A DNA stretch of 41,011 nt, from positions 1 to 41,011 of the IMG/VR virus record IMGVR_UViG_3300044513_003182, one strand, 5' to 3'. Shown here piece after piece: positions 26,847 through 35,880 of this stretch. Origin of the DNA: a virus (lineage: Duplodnaviria; Caudoviricetes). Numbering within the stretch: the stretch's first letter is position 1; the number at the start of each line of letters is the position of its first letter. Both the position numbers and the translations under genes were made by a program. Under the pieces are notes generated by a model. It was not told the DNA's origin, ran no database searches, and saw only the letters and a list, made by a program, of their open reading frames with translations.

Positions 26847-27974
26847 TTACGACTTATAGATAATTGTTGCTTCGTTGGTAGAATCAACATCACCATTCGC
26901 TACTTGAGCATGGAAATTCGTTTCGAGAGTGATAACGTCTTCCACCCCAATAGTAGGAATTTCGAGGTGTGCTGTAGGCAAGTCGAGTACAAGACGCGGA
27001 GTACTTGCAGTAACTCCACCAATGTTAATTGCCATGTCAAACACGTTTCGAACAGTAGTAGTATCCGATACAAGGTCTGCAAATAGTTCGCCTGACTTAC
27101 TGTTAGCAGCGTCATTATCATAGTAACAAGTTAAAGAACCACTAACTGTACGAGCACCAGTAATGTTTGCCAGAGGAGAGTTTACAACACCAAGTTCTTC
27201 TGGAGTCAAGTAGCTAATATTATTCTCAATTGAGAATGAGCCGCCTGTAAGAACAACATCATAAACATCATCTGGAGATACATCAGTGCGAGACAGAGTA
27301 ACTGTAGAAATACGGTTACGAATAAAGTTTGAAGTGCCTGTAATTCCATCGGTAACTGCCGAAGCCAAATCACTAGGAGTGGTAGTTGTCTCTGCCAAAC
27401 TTGCACCAAAGCCTGACCAAGCACAAGTTGCAATACCTTCAATATCAAAGTCAATTGAAGCGGAGTTTACAACAGCTTTATCAATTGTAAAATACTGCTT
27501 ATTTGTGCCATCTTCAAAAGCAAACACAACTTCCCAGTTATCGGGCATTGCAGAAATGTTTGATCCATTGAAGTTAAAAGTATTTTGATCGGTAGTTACA
27601 GCGTTAACAGAAGCAGTTGGGCTAATCGAATCATTTGAATATACTTCTGTAGTAGCATTAAATCCGTTTGCACCTACAAGCATAGCCCATAAAGCTTGCT
27701 CTGGAGCAACACAGTTAGCGGGAGAAGTCGTTGAAGTTGGGCGAATGTAAGTGCTAAAACTCCACTCTACAGGGGCCAAACTGTCGTTAAAAAGCAATCG
27801 AGCACGACGAGAAGTCGTACCTGCTTCGTTAATAGTAATTTCGCTAGAATTTACCGATTGAGAGAAGGAGAACCCTTCCAATACAGGTACTTTCCAAGTT
27901 TTCTCAACAGTGCCTCCGGCGACATCAAGAACTCGGACATATACATCTGCATTTCTTTGAAATTGTAATGCCAT
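26847..27974 (-). CDS. Major tail tube protein (T5 pb6-like, without the C-terminal Ig extension)
   Basis: PVL.GFSFSQ, FNDSLAP.EWSFSTY.RP, IDFDIEGIAT..WSG, FIRN....., LTGG...IENNI.YLTPEELG, G.R.VSGSLTCY, LP.AHLEIP. Confidence 0.92.
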   Translation of the reverse strand: MALQFQRNADVYVRVLDVAGGTVEKTWKVPVLEGFSFSQSVNSSEITINEAGTTSRRARLLFNDSLAPVEWSFSTYIRPTSTTSPANCVAPEQALWAMLVGANGFNATTEVYSNDSISPTASVNAVTTDQNTFNFNGSNISAMPDNWEVVFAFEDGTNKQYFTIDKAVVNSASIDFDIEGIATCAWSGFGASLAETTTTPSDLASAVTDGITGTSNFIRNRISTVTLSRTDVSPDDVYDVVLTGGSFSIENNISYLTPEELGVVNSPLANITGARTVSGSLTCYYDNDAANSKSGELFADLVSDTTTVRNVFDMAINIGGVTASTPRLVLDLPTAHLEIPTIGVEDVITLETNFHAQVANGDVDSTNEATIIYKS

Positions 27975-28022
27975 GGTTTTTCTCCATATTGCAGATTTCT
28001 CTGCATTCTTAACCTATGAAGG

Positions 28023-28475
28023 TTAGTATCGAACCTCGCAAATTATTTCTCCAACACCAAACGGTTCAAGAGCACCTTCATCCGAGTCTATACTTACGAT
28101 TGTTATCTGATGTACATACTGCGTCTGATTATCCTGGTCAGTATATTGTAACCGAGAATTTTGCTCTATAACTGTTTCAATGTCTTCGAATAATTTTTCT
28201 AATGCAAAGATCGCATTTTCTTCCTGCACATAAACTCTTATGGTTACGGTGAGATAACGATCTTTGTATCCGCCGCCTTGGTATTCGCGGCTTTCTGCTC
28301 CTGCACTTACATGGACTGCAGGAAAGTCCTCTACTTCATCCCAAAACTTCAATCGGGGAAGTACATTATTAAATAGATTGCTCCTGAAGGGAGCGAATCC
28401 GTTTATTGTTTTTAACTTGTCTTCAATGGCTTTGACGATAGCCATACGTCGTGTTGTATAGTCTCTATCTGCCAT
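28023..28475 (-). CDS. Tail terminator protein (T5 p142-like)
   Basis: NV..RL.FWDEV.DFP.V, E.R.Y, L.KL.EDIE, I.SI..DEG.L.P.GVGE. Confidence 0.85.
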   Translation of the reverse strand: MADRDYTTRRMAIVKAIEDKLKTINGFAPFRSNLFNNVLPRLKFWDEVEDFPAVHVSAGAESREYQGGGYKDRYLTVTIRVYVQEENAIFALEKLFEDIETVIEQNSRLQYTDQDNQTQYVHQITIVSIDSDEGALEPFGVGEIICEVRY

Positions 28476-29821
28476 TATACTCTCCTAGTATAGAATCTTC
28501 CTACTAATAAATCCATTGCTATTTCTCGTATGGACTTATCGATTACTTTTCTTGGATCTCTATCAGCAGATCCTTGTGCAAAGCCTGGCTCAAATGTTTG
28601 GTAAGGATATTTCATATATGTATATCCAATACTTGGAAAACCTTTTGCAGTTTCTACAACATCCGTAACTCTTGCTGAGCTTGCAAATCTACCCGTCCTG
28701 TATCGTAATCCTGGAGCTTTCATATTTTTTGCTACAGTTTCCGGTAACTTTTGGTTAATCAGAGCAGCCAAAGTTATTGTTGATTGTTTTGTAGATTTTT
28801 TAGCTTTGGGGGTCTTAATATTTACTTTGCCCATTGGAACAGCAGTAGACTTGGCTTTTTTAGGTTTTACCTTTACAGACTTTGTTGCTTTTGATTTTGA
28901 AAGGTTTAGTTTTGTATCAATACTTTGTTTCTTTACTCGCTTACTTTTTACTGATTTATCAAAAGCTTTTACTATTTTCTTTTTTTCTATCTGTAATCTA
29001 GAGTCTGATCCTTCTATATTTACTACATCAATCTTAGCTAAAGCATTTTTTAATAGCATTTCATATTCGGATTTATAAGTCTTTAAAAACTCTCGTCCTT
29101 CTTTTTGGTTAGCCCCTGTTGCCTCTAACCCTACTCTCATTACAGACTTTTGTTTAGTGGAGTCCATACTCAGAAAAATTTCTAACCCTAAGGCTTCTAA
29201 ATCTTTTTCTGTAATCTTATCGCCTAAATTTTTTTGTAATCGTGAAGCTATTCTAGTCTTTGACTCAGATACTACTCTCATAGCAACTGCACTAGTGCCT
29301 TTATGCCCTAAGTCTAAAAATTTGCTTTGGTCTACTAATTCAGTATCTTGTCTTTTGCTCAGAAAAAGATTAATTTCCCTTACAACTTTACCTACCGGCT
29401 CTCTGTAATACCCTTTAATTTCTTCAAAAACTGTAGTAGGAAGATAAAATCCACGGCTAGTTTGCTTTACCCCGCCCTCCTTCACTAGGACATAGAATCT
29501 TTTCTTATGCCCTTTTATTTGTATATTTTTTCCTTGGGCAGATAGCTGTTTTGCTTTATCATATACTGAAGAAGAAATATACTCAGCCCCCTCTTTTAAT
29601 ATTCTCTGTAGCTCTTGAGAGTTAATAGTTCTCTCTAATGCGTAGCTTCTATCTACTGCGGGACCAAGTTGGAGTTGCGTTAGCATTTCATTATAAAGGC
29701 CTGCAGTGGTTACGTAGAACTTATGAACTCTAAGATCAGTTATCTTGCGAGCTTGGCTGGATTTTATAGCTACTCTAGCAATTTCTTCGTTTAAAACTCT
29801 TTTTAAAAATTGCTTAGACAT
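28475..29821 (-). CDS. Tail completion / neck protein (T5 p143-like) with long basic N-terminal part
   Basis: C-terminal L.YRTGRFA.S, YTYM..PYQTFEP, RDPR..I..SIR.IA; lies between head completion and terminator genes. Confidence 0.8.
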   Translation of the reverse strand: MSKQFLKRVLNEEIARVAIKSSQARKITDLRVHKFYVTTAGLYNEMLTQLQLGPAVDRSYALERTINSQELQRILKEGAEYISSSVYDKAKQLSAQGKNIQIKGHKKRFYVLVKEGGVKQTSRGFYLPTTVFEEIKGYYREPVGKVVREINLFLSKRQDTELVDQSKFLDLGHKGTSAVAMRVVSESKTRIASRLQKNLGDKITEKDLEALGLEIFLSMDSTKQKSVMRVGLEATGANQKEGREFLKTYKSEYEMLLKNALAKIDVVNIEGSDSRLQIEKKKIVKAFDKSVKSKRVKKQSIDTKLNLSKSKATKSVKVKPKKAKSTAVPMGKVNIKTPKAKKSTKQSTITLAALINQKLPETVAKNMKAPGLRYRTGRFASSARVTDVVETAKGFPSIGYTYMKYPYQTFEPGFAQGSADRDPRKVIDKSIREIAMDLLVGRFYTRRV

Positions 29822-30416
29822 CTCGGTAGTGGTTTAAGACTCGGCGTATGTGGTCTGGAAAACCAGCATCGCCAACAGCGGAAGCAGGCGCTCCTTCACG
29901 AGTTGTTCCGCCAATTGCCATACTCTTCTTGTACTCATCTTTATGGTAATAAGTAATAAGATCAGTAACGGCCATTTTTAAGTCTTCAGGAATAGAAGTA
30001 TATCCGGCAGTATAAACTACTTTTACTGCGCCAACGCCTCTTGGCCAATCTCTATACTCACCTGATTCATGTGTACGAATAATAGACTCCGTTACAGAAT
30101 CATAGTACCACTCATACTTGTTGTTTTCACCATCTTTATAAAGCTGCGTATAGGCCTCGGTTTGATTCTTTCTTTCATAGACGGCAGTAATATCTATTAC
30201 CGGGGCTTCTTCAAGCTGTACAATACTAGTATCCCACTGAATATCAAAAATATCAGTTTTTCCAGGCGAGCCTGTATAGGCATCAAACTCACGACCACAA
30301 TAAGATCGAACAAGCGTACTAACACTCGTTATAAGCTGCTCGAACTTTTCATCGTTAGTAGTGGAGTTAATCCCCTCAAATAACTTATAGTCTTCCAGTG
30401 TAATTAAATCTGCCAT
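29814..30416 (-). CDS. Head completion / head-tail connector (T5 p144-like)
   Basis: LITL.DYK, LI..VS.LV..YCG, V.V.YTAGY..IPEDLK.A...L..YY.K.E, FP.HI.RVL..YR; immediately after the capsid gene. Confidence 0.88.
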   Translation of the reverse strand: MADLITLEDYKLFEGINSTTNDEKFEQLITSVSTLVRSYCGREFDAYTGSPGKTDIFDIQWDTSIVQLEEAPVIDITAVYERKNQTEAYTQLYKDGENNKYEWYYDSVTESIIRTHESGEYRDWPRGVGAVKVVYTAGYTSIPEDLKMAVTDLITYYHKDEYKKSMAIGGTTREGAPASAVGDAGFPDHIRRVLNHYRDV

Positions 30417-30434
30417 TATAATTCCTAAAGGAAT

Positions 30435-30458
30435 GAGGAGCCCCTTGCGGGGCCCCTC
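30435..30458 (-). terminator. GC-rich stem-loop after the capsid gene (terminator or mRNA 3' stabiliser)
   Basis: Minus strand GAGGGGCCCC-GCAA-GGGGCTCCTC (one G-U pair), 8 nt after the stop, followed by ATTCCTTT. Confidence 0.75.
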
Positions 30459-30466
30459 TTACGCGA

Positions 30467-31900
30467 TTATGCGTAGTTAACTACAACAACCTGACCGGCA
30501 TCAGCAAACATCTGGTCGAAACCACGACGTTGTGAAGCTACCAGTACTCGGCGCTGGTTCGCTACTTCGTAATCCTGCTCAATGGTTACACCACGGAGAG
30601 TAGGCACTACAAAGTTACGAGTGTTAACAGCTACTGCACAAGGCTTGCCTGCGGCAGCGCCAGGGAACTCGTCACATACGTAAACCGGAGAACCGTAAAC
30701 GGAACCGATTTCACCAGTGAGACGAGTACCAACTGAACCAACCTCATTAAGAGTCTGGAAGTCGCCATCTTCAAGCAACTGGTAATACATATCCAAAGAT
30801 ACGATATACTTAACATCGGCAGGACGACGACCATACTTGCCCATTGCCTTACGAGCAATAAGAAGCTCACCAGAAGGTGAAGTCATCGTAAGATCGAGAG
30901 GTGAAGCGACCGTACCTGCTGCAGTGACAGTCTTGGAGTCATCAGTAGCAAGCTTAACCAAGCCACTGTAAGGCGAAGAACCGCTACCAGCGTAATCAGT
31001 TGCGCCACCCAACAAGATTGAATGCTCAATAGCACGAGCGTGTGAACGCACCATAGCATCCCGAATCAAAGGAAGAATCGGAATAATCGCATCTTCTTCT
31101 ACTTCGTTTACGAGGTAAGAGTTAGAAACGAGCTTCTGAGCAGTAAGCACCTTAGAACCAAGGTCAACACCATTGTAAGGTGAGCCTGCAGTATCGCCAC
31201 GAGCTTCCAAGTTACCCTTGGTAGCTGAACCTGAACCGATGCCAGCAGCATTGTTCCACTCTGCATAACCTGCGTCAGGCATAGTGGGAACAACCATTGA
31301 AGCAGCGTTCATGTTAATCTTACGGAAAAGAGGGTCAAGAACCAGCTCAAGCTGAATATCGCGCTCAATCTGAGTAGAAACAAAAGTTTCGAATTCAGAA
31401 GAAGTACGATCTGCAGGAACCTCTACACCACCACCGGCATTTGCTTTTTCAAGCAACTCACGACCAAGACGAGTATTATAACCCTTTTGAGTTACTACGC
31501 CAAGAATGTGAGCATCTACAATGTCTTCACCAAAAGCTTCAAGACCTTTTGCGTTGCTGCGGTCTGCAAAGACACGCTTTGACTCACGCATTTTTTGAAT
31601 TTCCTCAGACTTCTGACTCAATTCATTTTGAAGCTCGCCAATGATCTTACCATAGTCGGCATCTTTCTCAGAGAACTTCTTCTCCAAGTCAGCAACGAGC
31701 CTTTCTGTACCTGATTGTACAGCAGTTACAATTCGAGCTTCTTCAGCAGATTTTTGTGCAGCGGCTTCTTCAGCAGCTTTCTTCTCTGCTTCCAATGCTT
31801 TTTGCTCTTCTGCCTTGCGCTCAGCTTCTTTCATCGCCATGGCAGCAGCCGTCTTCTCGACAGCAGATGCAACAATAGCGTCGATATCAATATCACTCAT
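30467..31900 (-). CDS. Internal in-frame product: major capsid precursor (scaffold domain + capsid), 477 aa
   Basis: AGGAG-AAAACT-ATG at 31900, in frame, exactly where the coiled-coil domain begins. Confidence 0.75.
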   Translation of the reverse strand: MSDIDIDAIVASAVEKTAAAMAMKEAERKAEEQKALEAEKKAAEEAAAQKSAEEARIVTAVQSGTERLVADLEKKFSEKDADYGKIIGELQNELSQKSEEIQKMRESKRVFADRSNAKGLEAFGEDIVDAHILGVVTQKGYNTRLGRELLEKANAGGGVEVPADRTSSEFETFVSTQIERDIQLELVLDPLFRKINMNAASMVVPTMPDAGYAEWNNAAGIGSGSATKGNLEARGDTAGSPYNGVDLGSKVLTAQKLVSNSYLVNEVEEDAIIPILPLIRDAMVRSHARAIEHSILLGGATDYAGSGSSPYSGLVKLATDDSKTVTAAGTVASPLDLTMTSPSGELLIARKAMGKYGRRPADVKYIVSLDMYYQLLEDGDFQTLNEVGSVGTRLTGEIGSVYGSPVYVCDEFPGAAAGKPCAVAVNTRNFVVPTLRGVTIEQDYEVANQRRVLVASQRRGFDQMFADAGQVVVVNYA

Positions 31901-32530
31901 AGTTTTCTCCTGTGCTAGGGAATTATTTAGTCCCTTTGGCATCGACTCGTCGTGTTCTTTAGCGAACTCAACAGTTACTTTATCTTCAGTTTCCTGAACA
32001 CGTAGTACGTGTTTTTCCGAGGAGTCATTTATGTTGAAAGATTTTTTGAATTCTTCGTAATCCCTTTCGGATTCAAAAGACTTCGCAAGAGAAAAGGTTG
32101 CAGCCTGGTTAGCAGGAACCGTAACTACCGAAACTTCTAATAGCTCTGCATCCTTGATCTTATATCCGTCAGTTTCCACCATATAATCCGCGTCCTTGAC
32201 TCGGAAACCAACAGAAAAAGCTCCAAGAACGCCTTCTTTAATCAATTCTCCAACGTGACCGGCTGATTTAGCAATTTTTGCTTTTAACTGCAAACCATTG
32301 TCATTCGTACCAAGCTGAACTGCTCGGCCAATCGGCTGGTTGTAATCATGATTAAAAAGAATTACGGGATTATTTAGATAGTTATCTAGGCCACCTTTTG
32401 TCCAGGCTTCCGCTTCGATAATATCGCCTACTCGATCAGTACCATTGGTACTTGCCATTCCGGTGATATGAAGAGAATCATCCTCTTCAAACGCCTTGAA
32501 AGTCGAGCCAATGTGAAAGATTTTATTCAT
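30467..32530 (-). CDS. Prohead protease-scaffold-major capsid protein fusion (HK97 fold); likely start ATG 32530
   Basis: N-terminal HK97-type protease (I.G.AST...DR.GD, ILFNHD...PIG, AFSVGFRV, LLEVSVVTVPAN), then coiled coil, then T5 pb8-like capsid; no stop codon between them. Confidence 0.92.
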   Translation of the reverse strand: MNKIFHIGSTFKAFEEDDSLHITGMASTNGTDRVGDIIEAEAWTKGGLDNYLNNPVILFNHDYNQPIGRAVQLGTNDNGLQLKAKIAKSAGHVGELIKEGVLGAFSVGFRVKDADYMVETDGYKIKDAELLEVSVVTVPANQAATFSLAKSFESERDYEEFKKSFNINDSSEKHVLRVQETEDKVTVEFAKEHDESMPKGLNNSLAQEKTMSDIDIDAIVASAVEKTAAAMAMKEAERKAEEQKALEAEKKAAEEAAAQKSAEEARIVTAVQSGTERLVADLEKKFSEKDADYGKIIGELQNELSQKSEEIQKMRESKRVFADRSNAKGLEAFGEDIVDAHILGVVTQKGYNTRLGRELLEKANAGGGVEVPADRTSSEFETFVSTQIERDIQLELVLDPLFRKINMNAASMVVPTMPDAGYAEWNNAAGIGSGSATKGNLEARGDTAGSPYNGVDLGSKVLTAQKLVSNSYLVNEVEEDAIIPILPLIRDAMVRSHARAIEHSILLGGATDYAGSGSSPYSGLVKLATDDSKTVTAAGTVASPLDLTMTSPSGELLIARKAMGKYGRRPADVKYIVSLDMYYQLLEDGDFQTLNEVGSVGTRLTGEIGSVYGSPVYVCDEFPGAAAGKPCAVAVNTRNFVVPTLRGVTIEQDYEVANQRRVLVASQRRGFDQMFADAGQVVVVNYA

Positions 32531-32837
32531 GCTCTTCTCTCTGTTCACGAGCAGTTCTCAAAGCCTCTAACGGATCAACCGCAGGAGCTTCTTCGACGTG
32601 CTCTACTGGAGCCGGTACGGGCTCTGGGTTGGGCGTATGAACAATGCCCAATTGGGTGTCATAAATTTCATGCCACCGTGATTTATAAACTCTTTCGCAC
32701 TTTCGAATTCCCTTAATCCATAGCTCTCTGCTAATACCGCGAGCACCTAATACTCGTCGTAGTTCTCCAAGAGAAAGGACTTTACCTGCAATTTTATAGG
32801 CGTCGAAAATGTCTTCGTGTAAGTTATGGCGTCTCAT
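32523..32837 (-). CDS. Hypothetical protein between portal and protease
   Basis: 104 aa; ATGA overlap with the portal stop and overlap with the protease start; Pro/Glu-rich linker near the C-terminus. Confidence 0.7.
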   Translation of the reverse strand: MRRHNLHEDIFDAYKIAGKVLSLGELRRVLGARGISRELWIKGIRKCERVYKSRWHEIYDTQLGIVHTPNPEPVPAPVEHVEEAPAVDPLEALRTAREQREEHE

Positions 32838-34027
32838 TCTTGTGGTTCCTCTGTTGGTCGTCCACCCAAATCTGGATTAACAGCCGACCCTGCAATATTT
32901 TGGGGCACTCGAATCTCATCAAAGCCCTCTTTTGCATCATAGTTAATTGCTTCGCGAGCTTCATTTGCAGTAAGAATACCAGCATTTACAAGTGCTGTAT
33001 AGTAAGAAGCAGCATCACGAAGTTCCGGTTGTAGAGCAGGTATATCACTAACATCCGAGGCAATCTCATACCCAAAGAATCTCTCTAAAGCGGAATTTAC
33101 TTTGTCCAGTATGGGGAGCACAGTTTCAAGATAATACAAACGATGATTTGGTCGAAGGTTTGCGTTATTACCTGAGTCTAATAAAATTGGTGGGATGCCT
33201 AGAACTTTCAACAGTTCTTTTTGAGCAGCCTCAATGGAGGCTTCAAAATCCATCTCACGAAAGTTAATATTTGAAATCTTGTCAAGCTCCATTCCGCCAT
33301 CGAGAACAAGGGGCCGCCTACCGCCGCCATCAGGACGGTAACGGGCAACCCAAGATTGAATCATACGTTCTTTATTTTTCTCACTAATAACAGAAGGAGA
33401 CTTGATTACTAGACCGGGAACTGCACCGTTGCGGAAGAAATTATCCTGAAACTGACGCATCTTTGTAAGCTGTTCCATAGTACGGCGAGCGGCGCGAAGG
33501 CGGCTAGTTCCACGATAAATACTATGAAAGCTGTTCTCTTTAATATGAATAATTTCTGAAGGCTTGTATCGAATATTCTTTTGAAACGTAAAACCCTGAA
33601 TATAGGTTTCAGTATCGGGTTCAATATCCGTAAAATTAGCTGGCAGGTGATACAGCGAAGCCCCGTCAAAGTAAATAAAAATATTCCCATCTAAGATATA
33701 ATCGAGAATGAGGTTTCTCTTAAAAGTTGATATATCTTGGAAAGGATTGGGTTCTTTATTTAAAAGTAAGTTTACCCTTGAGCGACGAACTCCCTTTACG
33801 ACAGATTCTAGACCCTGAATAGGAGGACCAATTCTGAAGGGGACTTCGGCTGCATCATCCGTAATCATGTTCACACCACGATTCACTACTTCAAGTGTTT
33901 CATAGTATGAGGTATAGCTTCTAGGAATTTCCCGAGAACCAATGGGCCCAGCACCTTCGAGGCTAACAACAATCTCTTCTTGTGCGGGGTTAAGTTTTTC
34001 TGTGCTCCAGAAGTTATACCAGGCCAT
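32834..34027 (-). CDS. Portal protein (HK97 family, T5 pb7-like)
   Basis: EKLNPAQ, LL..EPNPFQD, GN..IY, EIIHIK, G.SRL, FF.NGA.PG.V, LDGG, .GIPP.LL, GI.T.NEAR. Confidence 0.95.
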   Translation of the reverse strand: MAWYNFWSTEKLNPAQEEIVVSLEGAGPIGSREIPRSYTSYYETLEVVNRGVNMITDDAAEVPFRIGPPIQGLESVVKGVRRSRVNLLLNKEPNPFQDISTFKRNLILDYILDGNIFIYFDGASLYHLPANFTDIEPDTETYIQGFTFQKNIRYKPSEIIHIKENSFHSIYRGTSRLRAARRTMEQLTKMRQFQDNFFRNGAVPGLVIKSPSVISEKNKERMIQSWVARYRPDGGGRRPLVLDGGMELDKISNINFREMDFEASIEAAQKELLKVLGIPPILLDSGNNANLRPNHRLYYLETVLPILDKVNSALERFFGYEIASDVSDIPALQPELRDAASYYTALVNAGILTANEAREAINYDAKEGFDEIRVPQNIAGSAVNPDLGGRPTEEPQE

Positions 34028-34391
34028 GTTTCTCTCGTTGAATCTCTACCCACCGTTTCTGCTTTGTAGCAGTATGAAGCGGTGGGTTGCGTCCATATAT
34101 GGAATGAAGTTGAAGATGATGGTCATGACAGATAGTAACTGTTTCTTCGTACATCTCTGCCCAATTATCGTCTATAAACTCATCTCTCCAAATTGTAATA
34201 TACTCGTCCGTGTAATGCTCGGGTCTCAGTTTAACTTTTTCTGAGAGCCACTTTTCTAACAAGGGTGTAAGCGTATAAAAATGATGGAAGTCAAGTTTTA
34301 TCTTACTTCCGCAAATTCTACATTCTGTTCCTTTTTCGTATCTTGCTTTAGCACGATCACGAATATATTTTATCTTATCTCTTTTTAGCAT
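34014..34391 (-). CDS. Site-specific nicking endonuclease (T5 SciB-like, HNH-type)
   Basis: KRD....IRD..K..Y.K...C.ICG....LDFHH, TVT.CH.HH..LH..YG..P; between TerL and portal as in T5. Confidence 0.82.
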   Translation of the reverse strand: MLKRDKIKYIRDRAKARYEKGTECRICGSKIKLDFHHFYTLTPLLEKWLSEKVKLRPEHYTDEYITIWRDEFIDDNWAEMYEETVTICHDHHLQLHSIYGRNPPLHTATKQKRWVEIQREKHGLV

Positions 34392-34398
34392 TTTTCAC

Positions 34399-34439
34399 AT
34401 TATAACCATCTGGGAGGAAAAAGTCAAGAATTATTTTTT
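34399..34439 (-). promoter_or_regulatory. Sigma70 promoter P3 for the nickase-portal-capsid operon
   Basis: AAAAAATAATTC-TTGACT-17 nt-TATAAT (-35 at 34427-34422, -10 at 34404-34399); ATG follows after 7 nt. Confidence 0.9.
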
Positions 34440-34448
34440 CCTAGGTCT

Positions 34449-35732
34449 TTAAAATGTCGGAGCACTCTGCTCAAAACTATAGAGAGCGTAACGTAGTGCG
34501 TCAGCCATGTGACTAGAGCTATCATGCAAGGGCTTTTCTCGCATTAGATTTGGGTTGGGGTCCCAGCGATACTGGTCAAGGCATCGAAGAACTTCTGTGC
34601 ACCTTTGATCGACGATGAGCTTGTCATTATCTACGAGAGACGCCACCATTCCAATCCCATCCAAAACGGACTTTTTCGCATTCGTTGTAGTAATATCGTA
34701 GTTCTGAGCAAGGTCATAACGAGTCTGTGCAGCGGCGGCGTCAATAAAGCAATAATCCACATCTCGTCTCTCCATTATCTCGCTAAGGTATCCTGCGTGT
34801 TCTTCCGTAGTTCGTTCGGCTGCGTAATACTCTTCGAGAATGTAAAACTTCTCTCCGTCATAGGCGATAACACAAAAAGCTGTGGGATCTTTAAAGCCGA
34901 CGTCCAAACCGGAGATAATATCCATACCGCGAGTATCCATAGACTCAAGATCTTGGACACAATCTTCATAATTAAAGTTCCAGATCTGACCTTCAAAAAT
35001 GTTGAAGTCAGCTTCATATTCCTGTTTGAATTCGGCTTCCGACATGGATCGGCGGGCTTCTTCAATGTCTTCTGGAGAAGCCCTCGGATTATCATGCCAA
35101 GTAGCTTTTATTGAAACCCACTCAGGAAACTCATCGTTGTAACCACGGTTGAAGAACTTGCTAAACCAATTATTCCGACCACGAGGAGTCGAGATAAAAA
35201 GAGCTTTGCTTCCAGGTTTGTCCATGGTTGGTCGAATAGCCACATTAAAAGCAGTCTCTCCGTCAGCGAGAGCAGCCTCATCAAAGAGTACGAAATCATA
35301 AGAACGTCCTACAACTGAATCAATTTGATTCACCGAGCCTAGTCGGATTGTTGATCCGTTGGACAGTTCAATTACCCGATCTTTGGCATTGTCCTTAATA
35401 ATCTCCAAATCAAACTGACGAATAAGATTACGCTGTAAATCAAAACTAATATTCGACAGATTGTAGTTAGGAGACACGATAAGAACGTGACATCCGGGAA
35501 CTAGCGCAACACATTGTGCTATAATATTCCCAATGTAGGTCTTGCCCTGCCGTCTTGATAGGGCACCGACTACGAAACGATACTTTGAATCATTTAGGGC
35601 ATTAATAATTCCGATTTGAGAGGGTATTGGTTCTATTCCAAGAAGTTCAAGATATGCTTCAATCGGAACCTTTAAAAAGTTCCCACTCTTCAAGACCCTG
35701 TTCGTTATCAGGCTCTTCCTCGATATTTCCAT
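34449..35732 (-). CDS. terL: Terminase large subunit (T5-like)
   Basis: Walker A SRRQGKT, Walker B FVLFDEAA, FISTPRG.NWF, F.QEYEADF, nuclease GLDVG..DPTA and SH.ADALRY. Confidence 0.97.
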   Translation of the reverse strand: MEISRKSLITNRVLKSGNFLKVPIEAYLELLGIEPIPSQIGIINALNDSKYRFVVGALSRRQGKTYIGNIIAQCVALVPGCHVLIVSPNYNLSNISFDLQRNLIRQFDLEIIKDNAKDRVIELSNGSTIRLGSVNQIDSVVGRSYDFVLFDEAALADGETAFNVAIRPTMDKPGSKALFISTPRGRNNWFSKFFNRGYNDEFPEWVSIKATWHDNPRASPEDIEEARRSMSEAEFKQEYEADFNIFEGQIWNFNYEDCVQDLESMDTRGMDIISGLDVGFKDPTAFCVIAYDGEKFYILEEYYAAERTTEEHAGYLSEIMERRDVDYCFIDAAAAQTRYDLAQNYDITTTNAKKSVLDGIGMVASLVDNDKLIVDQRCTEVLRCLDQYRWDPNPNLMREKPLHDSSSHMADALRYALYSFEQSAPTF

Positions 35733-35880
35733 CTACCTCTTCCTCTTCGAAGCTCTCAAAAAATGCTTCTTTTGCTTCATAATGTGTAAGGCCTGCGGCT
35801 GCTTCGGCTTCTTGTCTAGTTGCATACTTTTTAGAAGAACCAGCTACTTTCCACATACCTCTTTTTTCATAAACTGTCAT
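35659..35880 (-). CDS. Small acidic hypothetical protein (73 aa, MTVYEKRG...)
   Basis: ATG 35880 in an ATGA overlap with the upstream stop and preceded by AGGAG; 3' end overlaps terL by 74 nt. Confidence 0.65.
   Translation of the reverse strand: MTVYEKRGMWKVAGSSKKYATRQEAEAAAGLTHYEAKEAFFESFEEEEVDGNIEEEPDNEQGLEEWELFKGSD

Noticed and set aside
27990-28025. Two small hairpins upstream of the tail tube gene (TGCAGA/TCTGCA; AACCT/AGGTT)
   Set aside because: Short stems, no U-tract, and the RBS remains free; function unsupported
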